Under the pieces are notes generated by a model that saw only the letters and a list, made by a program, of their open reading frames with translations, was not told the origin of the DNA and searched no databases. A stretch of DNA of 64,000 nt, taken from the NCBI GenBank assembly GCA_036149055.1, contig JAYZQJ010000089.1, forward strand, positions 1 through 64,000, given 5' to 3'. This document shows positions 37,230 through 54,542 of the stretch, in pieces; positions within the stretch are counted from its first letter, which is position 1; the number at the start of each line of letters is the position of its first letter. Source of the DNA: Myxococcota bacterium (GTDB lineage: Bacteria > Myxococcota_A > Polyangia > Polyangiales > Sandaracinaceae). A program made the position numbers and the translations under genes.

Positions 37230-39136
37230 GGAGTCCGGCTCGCGGGGGCCGGATGGTGGCGGATGCACGCCCCCCTGTCGAGAAGCGGCGCGGTGAGGCG
37301 AAAGTGAGCGGCCAGCGCTTGTCCGGTCTCCCGGGGGGCCTACCAGCCCCTCCCGAGTGCGCGCGCGCGAACACGCAGAGCCTCCGGAGGCGGGGGCGCA
37401 GGATTCGTCCATCCTGGTGGTGGACGACGAGCCGGCGAACCTGCTCGCGGTCGAGGCCGCCCTCGGGGACATGGGCCACCGCCTGGTCAAGGTCGAGTCG
37501 GGCGAGGCGGCGCTCAAGGAGCTGCTCGGCGGCCACTTCGCGCTGATCATCCTGGACGTGCACATGCCGGGGCTCGACGGGTTCGAGACCGCCCGGCTCG
37601 TCCGCCAGCGCCCCCGGACCCGGCACGTCCCGATCATCTTCGCGACCGCCTACGACCAGACCGACGAGCGGGTGCTCAAGGGCTACGAGCTCGGCGCGGT
37701 CGACTTCCTGTTCAAGCCGCTCCAGGCCACCGTGCTGAGGGCCAAGGCCCGGGTGTTCGTGGAGCTCTTCGAGCGCACCGAGGAGATGAAGCGGCAGGCC
37801 GAGGCGCTCCGGGCCCACGAGCGGAGCGCGGCCGAGCGGCGGCTGGCGGAGGAGCGGGAGCGCTGGGAGCGCGAGACCCTCGAGCGGCAGATGGCCGAGC
37901 AGCGGGAGGCCGCCGAGGCGATGGCCGCCCGGGCCGAGGAGCTCGCCCGGACCGTCGCCGAGCGCTCCGCCGCCCAGCGGGAGCTCAAGCGCACCAACGC
38001 CCGGCTCGCGGAGTCCGACCGGCGCAAGGACCAGTTCCTGGCCACGCTCGCTCACGAGCTGCGCAACCCGCTCGCGCCGCTCGCCTACGCGATCGGGCTG
38101 CTCCAGGACCGCGACGACCCGGAGCTGACCGAGGTGTGGCAGCGCATCGAGCGGCAGCTCGGTCACCTCGAGCGCCTCGTCGACGACCTGCTCGATGTAT
38201 CGCGCGTGACGTCGGGCAAGATCGAGCTGCGGCGGGCGGACTTCGATCTGCGAGAGGTCGCCCAGCGGGCGGTCGAGCTGAGCCGGGCGCGGCTGAACGC
38301 GCGCCACCACGAGCTGAGCGTCTCGCTCCCCGACGAGCCGGTGCCGATGCACGGCGACGCGGTGCGGCTCGCGCAGGTCATCTCGAACCTGCTGAACAAC
38401 GCCGCGCGCTACACCGAGCCCCACGGCCACGTGAAGCTCACCGTGACCGGCGACGGCGAGACCGCCGAGGTCATCGTCGAGGACGACGGCCGCGGCATCG
38501 AGCCGCGCATGCTCGGTACCATCTTCGATGCCTTCGTGCAGGAGCGAGTGGGGCAGGGCGGGCTCGGCCTCGGGCTGCACCTCGCCAAGCAGCTCGTGGA
38601 GATGCACGAGGGCCGGATCGCGGCCCACAGCGAGGGGGTCGGGCAAGGCTCGACCTTCCGCCTGGAGCTGCCGATCGCCGAGGTCGAAGGCGACGTGTCC
38701 GCCCCCGACGTGCGCCGCCCCGACTCGTCCATCGAGCTGACCCCGGTCCGGCCCCTGCGGGTGGCGGTGATCGAGGACCAGGAGGACGTGCGCGAGATGG
38801 TCGGCCTGCTGCTGACCCGGTGGGGCCACGTGGTCGAGGACGCCGAGGACGGCGAGCGCGGGGTCGCGCTGCTGACCGGCTGGCGCTGCGACATCGCCCT
38901 CATCGACATCGGCCTGCCCGACATGGAGGGCTACGAGGTCGCGGCCCGGGTGCGCGCCGAGCTGGGCGCGCGCTGCCCCACGCTGATCGCGGTGACCGGC
39001 TGGGGCCAGGAGAGTGACCGGCAGCGCGCGATGGAGGCCGGCTTCGACCGGCACCTCGTCAAGCCGGTGAGCCCGCGGGATCTGAAGCGGGTGCTGATCG
39101 AGTCGAGCTCGGGGCGCCGAGCGGTGGGAGTACAGG

Positions 39137-45441
<6,305 letters not shown>

Positions 45442-45457
<16 letters not shown>

Positions 45458-46296
45458 CCAGCAAGGGGCCGCCGTCGCCCCCGTCCGTCGAGGACGTCGA
45501 GCTCGATCTGCTGCTGGCGGGCATCGTCCGGCGGTGGGGGTTCGACTTCCGCGGCTACGCGCGGGCGTCGCTCCGACGGCGGGTGGGGCGCGCGCTCGAG
45601 CGGGAGGGCGTGCGCACGATCAGCGAGCTGCAGTCGCGGGTGCTGCGGAGCGACGAGGCGATGCAGCGCTTCATCGCCACCATCAGCGTGCACGTCAGCG
45701 CGATGTTCCGCGACCCCGCCTTCTATCTGGCGCTCCGCCAGAAGGTCGTGCCGATCCTCCGCACCCACCCGTTCGTGCGGGTCTGGGTCGCGGGCTGCGC
45801 GACCGGCGAGGAGGTCTACTCGATGGCCATCCTGCTCCACGAGGCCGGGCTCGGCGGGCGCGCGCGGATCTACGCGACCGATCTCTCGGACAGCCTGCTC
45901 GACCGGGCGGGCCGCGGCGTCTTCCCGCTCCGAGCGATGCGCGACTACACGCGGAACTACATCGCGAGCGGCGGCGCGGTGGACTTCTCGTCGTACTACA
46001 CGACCGATCAGCAGCACGCGATCATGCGGCGGGAGCTGCGCGAGAACGTCGTGTTCTCCCAGCACAACCTCGTCTCGGACGGCTCCTTCAACGAGTTCCA
46101 CCTGGTGCTCTGTCGGAACGTGCTGATCTATTTCGACGAGGCGCTCCGCGACCGCGTCCACGGGCTGATGACCGAGAGCCTCGTCCGGCACGGGGTGCTC
46201 GGCCTCGGCACCAAGGAGACGCTCCGCTACAGCCGGGTCGCGAGCCGCTTCGACGTGCTCGACGAGGGCCTGAGCCTCTACCGGAGGAAGGCGTGA
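45442..46296 (+). CDS. cheR: CheR family protein-glutamate methyltransferase
   Basis: [47 protein letters not shown]. Start approximate. Confidence 0.93.
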
Positions 46297-46886
46297 TCGC
46301 GGCCGCCAAGCTGCTCGTCGTGGGCGCCTCGCTCGGGGGGCTCGACGCCATCCCGGTGGTGCTCGGCGCGCTCGACGCGGAGCTGGACCTGGCCATCGCC
46401 ATCGTGCAGCACCGGAGCCCCGACTCGAACGGGCAGCTGGCCCGCATCCTCTCGGCGCGCTCGGGCCGCGACGTCTCCGAGGCCCTCGACGCGGCGCCCC
46501 TGTCGCGAGGCGCGGTCTGGCTCGCGCCGGCGGACTATCACCTGCTGGTGGACGGGGCGCGGGTGAAGCTCTCGCTCGACGCGAGCGAGCGGCACGCGCG
46601 GCCCTCGATCGACGCGCTGTTCGCGAGCGCGGCGACCTCGTGGGGCCCGCGGCTCGGGGCGGTGCTCCTCACCGGGAGCAGTGACGACGGGGCGCGCGGC
46701 GTGGCCGCGGTGGCGAAGGCGGGGGGCGCGACGTTCGTCGAGGATCCCGAGCGGGCGGAGGCGCCCGAGTCGCCGCGCGCCGCGCTCGAGCGGATCACCC
46801 CGACGCACGTGGGCGACCTCGCGTCCATCGGGCCGCAGGTGACGGTGTGGGTGAAGACCGCGAGGTCGAGGAGGACGCATGGCTGA
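46293..46886 (+). CDS. cheB: Stand-alone CheB methylesterase domain (no receiver)
   Basis: GASLGG (Ser), VQHR (His), [17 protein letters not shown] (Asp). Confidence 0.92.
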   Translation: MIAAAKLLVVGASLGGLDAIPVVLGALDAELDLAIAIVQHRSPDSNGQLARILSARSGRDVSEALDAAPLSRGAVWLAPADYHLLVDGARVKLSLDASERHARPSIDALFASAATSWGPRLGAVLLTGSSDDGARGVAAVAKAGGATFVEDPERAEAPESPRAALERITPTHVGDLASIGPQVTVWVKTARSRRTHG

Positions 46887-48279
46887 CGACGCCCGACGCA
46901 GCCCCGGGATCGTGCTCAAGCTCTTCGTGTTGCTCGCCGTGTTCTCGGTGATGCCGGTGGGCGCGCTCGCCTGGTGGCAGCTGAGCGCGATCGCGGAGAG
47001 CCAGCGCTCGCAGCGGCTCGCGGCCCTCGACGGCCTCGCGTCGGCGAAGGCGTCGGCCATCGACCAGTCGATGACCAACCGGCGGCGTGACGTCGAGCGC
47101 ATCGCGACCCTCATGGCGCCGCGGCTGTCGCGCGTGCTCGAGGCGGAGCAGGAGCTCGCCGAGGCGAGCGAGGCGCCCGCGGAGCCGGCGGAGCCGCTGC
47201 CGGAGCTGCAGGACGCCGGCCAGCTCGACGAGCCGGACGAGATCGAGGCGGCCGAGGAGGCCGAGCAGGAGGCGCTCGAGGCGCCGCCCGAGCCGCCGGA
47301 GGCCGAGGCGCCGTCCGCCTCTCCCACCATCGTGCGTCACACCGAGGCGCTCGAGCAGGCGCGCGCCGAGCTGCGGCGCAGCCTCGGGCTCATCCTCTGG
47401 GACCAGGCGGACTTCGAGGAGCTGCTGGTGATCGACGGGGAGGGTCGCGTGCGATCCTCCACCTACTCCGATCACGAGGGGCGCACGGCCGAGTCCATCG
47501 AGTACTTCCGGCAGGGCCGCCGCGCGACCTACGTGCAGCCGGTCTTCATGAGCCCGATCACCGAGCGCTGGACGATGGTGATCGCCACCCCGATCCGCGA
47601 CGAGAACGCCGTCGAGATCGGGGTGCTCGCCGCGCGGCTGAACCTCGCGCAGCTCTTCGGGCTCATCAACGACGTGAGCGGGCTCGGCGAGACCGGCGAG
47701 ACGGTCGTGGGCCGCATCATCGGCGACGAGCTCGTGCTGATGGCTCCGACCCGCTCGCAGCCCGACGCGATCCTGCGCCGCTACCCGATCGGCGAGGTGG
47801 AGCAGATGCCGGTCACCCTCGCGGCGCGCGGGCAGCAGGGCCGCGGCGAGAAGCTCGACTACCGCCAGGACCTCACGCTCTCGGCGTGGCGCCCGATCCC
47901 CTCGCTGGAGTGGGGCCTCGTGGTGAAGATGGACGCCGACGAGGCGATGCGGGACGCGGAGGAGGCGAAGTGGCGGACGCTGCAGGTCGCCCTCGTGATC
48001 CTCCTGCTCGCGGTGGTGGCGGCGCTGCTCGTCGCGCGTCAGGTGGTGCGGCCGCTCCGGCAGCTGCGCGAGGCGACCGACCGGCTGAGCCGCGGCGACT
48101 TCGACGTGCGCCTCGACATCCGCTCGCGAGACGAGATCGGCGAGCTGGCCGACTCGTTCGAGCGCATGGTGGCGGCCATCAAGTTCTTCCGGGAGCACGC
48201 CCGGCCCGAGTCCGAGATGGACGACGACAGCCTCGAGGCCGAGGAGGGCGCGGACGACGGCTCCGCGACGCAGGAGTAG
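46879..48279 (+). CDS. TM-dCache-TM-HAMP membrane sensor lacking an output domain
   Basis: Two TMs. Cache motifs (LLVIDGEGRV, EYFRQG, VIATPI, LGETGE, WGLVVK). HAMP (VVRPLRQL...DEIGELADSFERM), then a short acidic tail. Confidence 0.88.
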   Translation: MADDARRSPGIVLKLFVLLAVFSVMPVGALAWWQLSAIAESQRSQRLAALDGLASAKASAIDQSMTNRRRDVERIATLMAPRLSRVLEAEQELAEASEAPAEPAEPLPELQDAGQLDEPDEIEAAEEAEQEALEAPPEPPEAEAPSASPTIVRHTEALEQARAELRRSLGLILWDQADFEELLVIDGEGRVRSSTYSDHEGRTAESIEYFRQGRRATYVQPVFMSPITERWTMVIATPIRDENAVEIGVLAARLNLAQLFGLINDVSGLGETGETVVGRIIGDELVLMAPTRSQPDAILRRYPIGEVEQMPVTLAARGQQGRGEKLDYRQDLTLSAWRPIPSLEWGLVVKMDADEAMRDAEEAKWRTLQVALVILLLAVVAALLVARQVVRPLRQLREATDRLSRGDFDVRLDIRSRDEIGELADSFERMVAAIKFFREHARPESEMDDDSLEAEEGADDGSATQE

Positions 48280-48282
48280 GCC

Positions 48283-48564
48283 ATGGCCCGGTCGCTCTAC
48301 GACGAGATCCTCGCGATCGCGACGAACTACATGGGCATCGCCGCCGAGGACTACGTGCGCCGGCGGATCCGGATCGTGCAGCGCGGCGACGCGCCCGAGA
48401 GCATCGAGGCCGACCGGCTCGAGCGCCTCGCCGCCGGCATCGACATGACGGCCAAGGGCTACATGTCCGAGGAGAAGGCGGCGCGCTTCCGGGACGAGAT
48501 CCTGGCGCTCGCGCGGCGCTACGGGGTCAGCGGCTCAGGGCCGCCTCCAGCGCCGGGAGGCTGA
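48283..48564 (+). CDS. Small alpha-helical hypothetical protein (93 aa)
   Basis: GGAG SD, starts 3 nt after the upstream stop, typical codon usage, amphipathic helices (LYDEILAIATNYMGIAAEDYVRR). Confidence 0.8.
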   Translation: MARSLYDEILAIATNYMGIAAEDYVRRRIRIVQRGDAPESIEADRLERLAAGIDMTAKGYMSEEKAARFRDEILALARRYGVSGSGPPPAPGG

Positions 48565-51500
48565 GGGCGAGCCCGCACGCGCGCGCGGCGTCACGGGCGG
48601 CCCGCAGCCGGTCGGTCGCGTCGTCGCCCCGCGCGGCGAGAGCGAGGGCCTCGCCGCGATCGGCCATCAGGGTGGCCCACGCGAAGGGGGCGTCCGCGGT
48701 CTCCTCGCGCAGGGCGCGCGCGTGCCGCAGCGCCTCGTCGGGTCGGCCGCCCTCGAGCGCCGCCTCGATCGCGTTCTCCCGGAACCAGAGCCGGTTGAAA
48801 GACAGGGCAGGGCCGAGGATCACGGCCTCGCCTTCGCTCAGCCGCGCCTCGGCGGCGTCCGGCTCCAGGCGCGCGGCGAGCGCGAGGAGCGCGCCCCCGA
48901 GGAAGCTCATCGAGTGCTGCCGGCAGAGCGCGACGCCGGCCTCGACGTGCGACCGCGCCCGGCCCTCGTCCCGCAGCGCGAGCAGCGCCCGGGCCGCGTA
49001 GTAGTGCGCCGTCTGCGCGAACACGACCGAGCGGCTGACCCGGGTGAGCCCGAGCGCCTCGAGCGCGTGGTCGACGCTCGCCTCGGCGTCCCCGGCGTGC
49101 AGCGCCGCGAGGCTCGCCGCCCCGTGCGCCAGGGTCTCGCCGCGCTGGTGGGACAGCTCCCGCGCCTGGGCGAGCGACGCGTCGGCGTGGGCGCGCGCCG
49201 CGTCGAGCTCCAGCAAGAACACGCTCACGATGGAGAGCATCGGGCGGTTCACCACCTCCACCCCGAGCAGCCCCGCCTCGCGCGACCGGGCGATGCACTC
49301 CTCGTAGCGGGGCGCGGCCTCGGTCATGCGCCCGCTCCCGTAGAGCGCGTCGGCCGCGCCGCTCGAGGCCCGGGCCATCAGCTCCACGTCCCCCCGATCG
49401 CGCGCGACCTCCAGCGCCGCCGCGTGGGCCTCGCCGCACTCCTCGAGCCGCCCGGTGGCGAAGTAGATCCCGCCGCGCAGGTAGTGGCTGCGCGCGCTCC
49501 GCCCGCCGGAGAGGGCGTCGGCGTCGTCGAGCGCGTCGAGCGCGTCGTCCCAGCGGTTGGCGATCCGGAGCGCCTCCGCCCGGCCCAGCATCGCCCGCAG
49601 CCGGTGCGCGTCGTCGGGGGCCTCGCGCCGCAGCGCGACGAAGGTCTCCTCCGCCTCGGTCGCGTCGCCGAGCACCAGGAGCGCCTCGCCGCGGAGGCGC
49701 AAGGCCTCGTGTCTGGCCACCCCGAGCACGCTGCTCCGGGTGGCCAGGTCGAGCGCGTCCTCGTAGCGGTCGTCCGCGAGGGCCCGCCTCGCCGCCTCGA
49801 GGTAGCGCTCGGCCGCGCGCTCGCTCTGACCGGCCCGCTCGTGGTGGGTGGCGGCCAGCGCGGGGTCGCGATCGAGGTGCGCGGCGCAGGCCGCGTGGAG
49901 CGCGCGGCGACGCTCCGGCACGAGCGCGTCGTAGACCGCGTCCCGCACCAGCGCGTGGGTGAAGGCGTAGACGTCCCGCTCGACCTGACGGAGCAGCCGC
50001 CACTCCGCGAGCCGCGCCGGCGCGTAGTCGGGCTCCTCGAGCACCGCGCGGAGATCGCCCAGGCGCACCCGGGGCCCGAGCGCCGCGGCGACCTGGACCG
50101 CGCGACGATCGACCTCCGGCAGGCGATCGAGCCGGCCCTGGATGAGGCCGTGCACGGTCGGGGGGAGGGAGCTGTCGTCGTCCCCGGCGGGCACCCGGAG
50201 CATCTCGGTCAGGAGCAGCGGGTGCCCTCCGGCGCGCTCCACCGCGCGGGCTCGGAGCGAGGGCGACGCGCCGAGCCTCGCCGCGAGCTGGGCGGCCGCG
50301 TCGGGGGCGAGCGGCTCGAGCTCCAGCCGGGTGACGGTCTGACCGGCGAGCGCGTGCCGCCAGCGCTCCTCGCCCTCCACCCGGGTGGTGAGCGCGAGCA
50401 GGATGGGCAGCGCGCGGCTCAGGCCGCTCAGGGTCTCGATCGCGTCGAGCGCCTTGGCGTCCGCCCAGTGCACGTCCTCCACCACCAGGACGAGCGGGTG
50501 GGCGACCGTCTCGGTCGCGAGCAGGGCCGCGATCGCGTCGCGGTAGCCGGCGCGCCGCGCCCTCGGCTCCATCGCGTCGTAGACCCGCTGCATCGGCCCC
50601 GACAGCGGGATCTCGAGGAAGTGGAAGAGGAACGGCCACTGCGCGGGGCCGAGCGCGTTCTGGCCGAGCCGCGCCTCGAGCGCCTCCGCGCGCGTCTCCG
50701 GGTCCTCGGGCAGCGCGAGCAGCGCGCCGACGAGCTGCCGCAGCACGTCGTCCTCGGGCGCGCTCTCCGCGTCGTGGATCTGACCCCGCGCGGAGGGGAT
50801 CCCGGCCGCCCGGGCCCGCTCGCACACCCGGGCGACGAGGCGGCTCTTGCCGATGCCGGCCTCGCCGGCGACGACGACCACCCGGCCGGTCCCGTGGCGG
50901 CATCGGGAGAGCGCGGACTCCAGCTCCTCCAGCTCGCGCTCGCGGCCGACGAACGGCAGGTCGCTCGTCGACGCGTCGGCCGCGCGGCGCAGGCCCAGCA
51001 GGCGCGCCGCGCTCTCCTCCGGCTCGCCCTCCGCGATCACCGCGTCGTCGACCAGCCCGCGGGCGACCTGGATCTCCCCGTCGCCCGCGGTGCGGCGCAG
51101 CCGGGCCGCCTCGTCGATCGGCGGCCCGACGACGAAGTAACGCCCCTCCGGCTCGCCCGTGCCGCCGGCCACCGCCGGGCCCTCGGCCACCCCGATCCGG
51201 CAGCGCGCGCCGTCGACCCGCGAGAGCGCGTCCCGCAGATCGAGCGCGGCCTCGAGCGCGCGGCGCGCGTCGCCTTTGCGGGCCACCGGCGCGCCGAAGG
51301 TCCAGGTCTGGGCCGCGCCGCGCACCGCCTCGAGGTAGCCGCCGTGGCGACGTCGGACCGCGTCGGCGACCGCGCGACAGCGGGCGAGCAGCGCGTGCCG
51401 GGTGTCGGCCGGCGCCGCGTCGTCGTCGACCGCCAGCTCCACGTCCAGCGCCGCGACCCGCCGCCGCTCCGGGGCGGCGCCCACGCTGCGGGCCACGCTC

Positions 51501-52600
51501 GCGGTCATCGACTCGCGCGGGCTCGGCTCCGCGCCGCCGAGCAGCTGCGCGAGCTCTCTCCGCACCGCGTACGCGCTGGCCGGCCGGAGCGCCGGCGCCT
51601 TGGCGAGCAGCCGGGCGAGGAGCGCGTCGAGCTCCGGCGGGCGCTCCACGTCCGCCGGCAGCGGCGGCGGCTCCTCCCGGAGGTGCTGGTACATCAGCGC
51701 CGCGTCCACGTCGGCGGTGAAGGGCGGCGCGCCGGCCAGCATCTCGTGGAGCACCACCCCGACCGCGTAGAGATCGCTCTGCAGGGTCGCGTCGCCGCCC
51801 TGGATCTGCTCCGGGCTCAGGTAGCGGGGCGTGCCGGCGATGGCGCCGGTCTGGGTGAGCCGGCTCTCCTCCGCGCCGATCCAGCGGGCGAGGCCGAAGT
51901 CGAGCACCCGGGCGAAGTCACCGTAGCCGTGCGCGCTCTGGAGGAGCACGTTCGCCGGCTTGAGGTCGCGGTGCACGATGCCCTTGGCGTGGGCCTCGGT
52001 CAGCGCGTCCAGCACCTGGAGCAGCAGCCGCGCGGCCCGCGCGAAGGGGAGGCGCCGCTCGCGCCGGAGCAGGGCCGCGAGCGACTCGCCGCGCACGTAC
52101 TCCATCACGATCGCGCGGGTCCCGTCGCCCGCGTCGACGAGGTCGAAGAGGCGCACGCTGTTCGGGTGGGTCAGGGCGGCGATCGCCCGGGCTTCCCGCG
52201 CGAAGCGGGCGTCGCCGTCCTTGCGAGCCCGAGCCCGCAGGACCTTGATGGCGACGTCGCGGTCGGCCGGGAGCTGACGCGCCCGGAACACCGCCCCCAT
52301 GCCGCCGGTGCCGAGCGCGTCGGTGAGCGCGTAGCCTCGCGCCTCGAGGGCCCGCGCCAGCGCCTCCGAGGGCGCGGCGTCGTCGGCTCGGGGCTCGGGG
52401 CGCTCGAGCTGGGTCACCGGCTCGAGCCCCCGGCGGATCGCGGCGAGCAGCTTCTTTCGGTGGCCCAGCGAGCGCACGCCGAGGGCCTCGAGGTCGGCCT
52501 CGGTGAGCTCGGAGAGCACGGAGGCGTCGACGTCGTTCGCCGCGAAGGCCTCCGCGTAGGCCTCCAGGCCGAGCTCGGCCAGCCAGGATCGCACGTCCAC
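48527..52600 (-). CDS. SAM domain + Ser/Thr kinase + degenerate class III cyclase + STAND/AAA ATPase + TPR protein
   Basis: SAM (WLAELGLEAYAEAF...LGHRKKLL). Kinase (GTGGMG, VAIK, HRDLKPAN, DFG, YLSPE). ERRRV...FGAP cyclase-like region. FVGRERE, GEAGIGKS, VVEDVHWAD, GGHPL, TPR tail. GTG start at 52600. Confidence 0.9.
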   Translation of the reverse strand: MDVRSWLAELGLEAYAEAFAANDVDASVLSELTEADLEALGVRSLGHRKKLLAAIRRGLEPVTQLERPEPRADDAAPSEALARALEARGYALTDALGTGGMGAVFRARQLPADRDVAIKVLRARARKDGDARFAREARAIAALTHPNSVRLFDLVDAGDGTRAIVMEYVRGESLAALLRRERRLPFARAARLLLQVLDALTEAHAKGIVHRDLKPANVLLQSAHGYGDFARVLDFGLARWIGAEESRLTQTGAIAGTPRYLSPEQIQGGDATLQSDLYAVGVVLHEMLAGAPPFTADVDAALMYQHLREEPPPLPADVERPPELDALLARLLAKAPALRPASAYAVRRELAQLLGGAEPSPRESMTASVARSVGAAPERRRVAALDVELAVDDDAAPADTRHALLARCRAVADAVRRRHGGYLEAVRGAAQTWTFGAPVARKGDARRALEAALDLRDALSRVDGARCRIGVAEGPAVAGGTGEPEGRYFVVGPPIDEAARLRRTAGDGEIQVARGLVDDAVIAEGEPEESAARLLGLRRAADASTSDLPFVGRERELEELESALSRCRHGTGRVVVVAGEAGIGKSRLVARVCERARAAGIPSARGQIHDAESAPEDDVLRQLVGALLALPEDPETRAEALEARLGQNALGPAQWPFLFHFLEIPLSGPMQRVYDAMEPRARRAGYRDAIAALLATETVAHPLVLVVEDVHWADAKALDAIETLSGLSRALPILLALTTRVEGEERWRHALAGQTVTRLELEPLAPDAAAQLAARLGASPSLRARAVERAGGHPLLLTEMLRVPAGDDDSSLPPTVHGLIQGRLDRLPEVDRRAVQVAAALGPRVRLGDLRAVLEEPDYAPARLAEWRLLRQVERDVYAFTHALVRDAVYDALVPERRRALHAACAAHLDRDPALAATHHERAGQSERAAERYLEAARRALADDRYEDALDLATRSSVLGVARHEALRLRGEALLVLGDATEAEETFVALRREAPDDAHRLRAMLGRAEALRIANRWDDALDALDDADALSGGRSARSHYLRGGIYFATGRLEECGEAHAAALEVARDRGDVELMARASSGAADALYGSGRMTEAAPRYEECIARSREAGLLGVEVVNRPMLSIVSVFLLELDAARAHADASLAQARELSHQRGETLAHGAASLAALHAGDAEASVDHALEALGLTRVSRSVVFAQTAHYYAARALLALRDEGRARSHVEAGVALCRQHSMSFLGGALLALAARLEPDAAEARLSEGEAVILGPALSFNRLWFRENAIEAALEGGRPDEALRHARALREETADAPFAWATLMADRGEALALAARGDDATDRLRAARDAARACGLALSLPALEAALSR

Positions 52601-52667
52601 CCGGGCCGGAGCATAGCCCGTCCCCGCAGACGCATCACCGCGGGCGTGGTACAGGCAGCCCGTCCCG

Positions 52668-54542
52668 ATGACCGCGCTCTCGTCCCTCCTCCCCGTGGCC
52701 CTCGCGGGGCTCGCGCTGCTGGCGGCGTGCGCGCTGGCCCGTCGCGGCGCGGGGCGGCCGATCGAGCTGCGCTGGCTCGACGTCGGGATCCTCTCGTGGG
52801 CGCTGCTCGCGCTGCCGCCGTGGGCGCTGGGCTGGGCCGACCGCTTCACCGCGCCCTGGGTGCTCGGCGCGTCGCTCGCCGCGTCGACGCTGGCCTTCGC
52901 GATCGGGGTGGGGCGCTCGGGCGAGCGGCTCCGCGGCGCCCTGCGGGACCTCGGGGTCGCGCTGACCGCGCCGGTCTGGCTCGGCCGCTGGGCCGCGCGC
53001 CAGCGGGCCTGGCTCACGCTCGCCGCGGTGGCGACGGTGGCCTTCGTCTGGGTCTACACGACCGCGCTCGCCTGGCTGGTGCCGTCGAGCGGCTGGGACA
53101 GCGTCTGGTACCACGACACGATCACCGCCTACACGATCCAGAACCAGGGGTTCGGGCTCGTGGAGCTCCCCCGGGCGCACCTGCTCGTCAACGGCTACCC
53201 GCGGCTCAGCGAGACGGTGGCCGCGTTCTTCGTGGTGCTGAGCGACGACCGCCTGCTCGAGGCCGCGCCGACCCTGAGCTGGCCGTGGCTTGCGGTGGCC
53301 GCCGCCGCCCTGATCGCGAACGTCGCCCCCTGGCGGCGCGGGCAGATCCTCGGGGCCTGCGTCTTCGCGCTGATGCCGGCGATGGCCCTCCAGCTCCGGA
53401 GCAGCTACGTCGACGTGCCGCCGACCTTCTTCGGGGTGGCCGCGCTCGCCTACGTCACCCGGCCCCGCGTCGAGGCGCGGGATCTCTGGCTGGCGGCCCT
53501 CGCGGTGGCGATGCTCGCCGCGGCCAAGGGGACCGGGCTCGTCTTCGTGCCGATCCTCGGCCTCGTCGGCATCCTGCGGGTGCTCGCCTCGGCGCGTCGC
53601 CCGGGCGCCGTGGGCCGCGGGCTGGCGCTGGCGGGCGGCGTGCTCGTCATCGCGCTGATCGGCGGGCCGACCTACCTGCGCAACTGGAGCGAGCACCAGA
53701 ACCCGATCTGGCCGGCCGAGTTCGAGAGCGAGACGCTCGGCATCGAGTGGGAGGGCCCGGCGGGCGAGACCATCGCCAACCCGGAGATCGGCACCTGGGC
53801 CGGTCACGTGTTCGGGCCGCGCTACGAGGATCTCTATCACCCCGACGTGCGCCCCCACGGCTACGGGCACGTGCTGCCGTGGCTCTTCGCGCTCTGGCTC
53901 CTCGTCTGGCCGGTGGAGCGGCTCTGGGCGTGGAGCGCGCGGCGGCGCTGGCGGGTGTCCGCGGTGGCGCTCTGGCTGCTCGCGGCGACGCTCCTGCTCG
54001 CCAAGGGCATCCCCCCGCTCTGGTGGGGCCGCTTCGGCGCGCCGGTCGCGGCGGCGCTGCTCGCGCTGATGATCGGCTGGCTGGCCGGGCGGCGCCGCCT
54101 CGCCGCGCCCTTCTTCGCGCTCGCGCTCGCCGTGCACGCGCTCACCCTCTACGTCGCGTTCCCGGGCTGGTCGGCCACCGCCGAGGACCTGCGCCTGCTC
54201 GCCCACCGGAGCCCGCTCGAGCGGGCGTCGTTCCGCGGCACGCGGCACTTCGGCGACGTGCCGACCTTGCGGGCGTTCGAGCGCGAGGTGGGGGAGGGCG
54301 ACCTCGTGCTCTGGACCGACCGCAACGGCTTCCCCGCGTTCGCCTGGAACCGGGAGATGTCGAACCGCGCGCTCTACGTGCCGCAGTACGCGCTGCGCTC
54401 GCAGATCGAAGAGCTCCGCCCGAAGTGGGTCATCGTCGCCCAGGAGTCCGGACAGACGCGGACCCTCGAGCGGGTCGGCGGCTACGAGCGGGTCGGCTAC
54501 CTCACCGACGCCCTCGTCGGTTACCGCCGCGTCGAGCCCTAA
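52668..54542 (+). CDS. GT-C fold polytopic membrane protein
   Basis: Loop motif GWDSVWYH...NGYP, SSYVD, AKGTG, YLRNW...NPIWP; more than 12 TMs and a soluble C-tail. Confidence 0.75.
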   Translation: MTALSSLLPVALAGLALLAACALARRGAGRPIELRWLDVGILSWALLALPPWALGWADRFTAPWVLGASLAASTLAFAIGVGRSGERLRGALRDLGVALTAPVWLGRWAARQRAWLTLAAVATVAFVWVYTTALAWLVPSSGWDSVWYHDTITAYTIQNQGFGLVELPRAHLLVNGYPRLSETVAAFFVVLSDDRLLEAAPTLSWPWLAVAAAALIANVAPWRRGQILGACVFALMPAMALQLRSSYVDVPPTFFGVAALAYVTRPRVEARDLWLAALAVAMLAAAKGTGLVFVPILGLVGILRVLASARRPGAVGRGLALAGGVLVIALIGGPTYLRNWSEHQNPIWPAEFESETLGIEWEGPAGETIANPEIGTWAGHVFGPRYEDLYHPDVRPHGYGHVLPWLFALWLLVWPVERLWAWSARRRWRVSAVALWLLAATLLLAKGIPPLWWGRFGAPVAAALLALMIGWLAGRRRLAAPFFALALAVHALTLYVAFPGWSATAEDLRLLAHRSPLERASFRGTRHFGDVPTLRAFEREVGEGDLVLWTDRNGFPAFAWNREMSNRALYVPQYALRSQIEELRPKWVIVAQESGQTRTLERVGGYERVGYLTDALVGYRRVEP

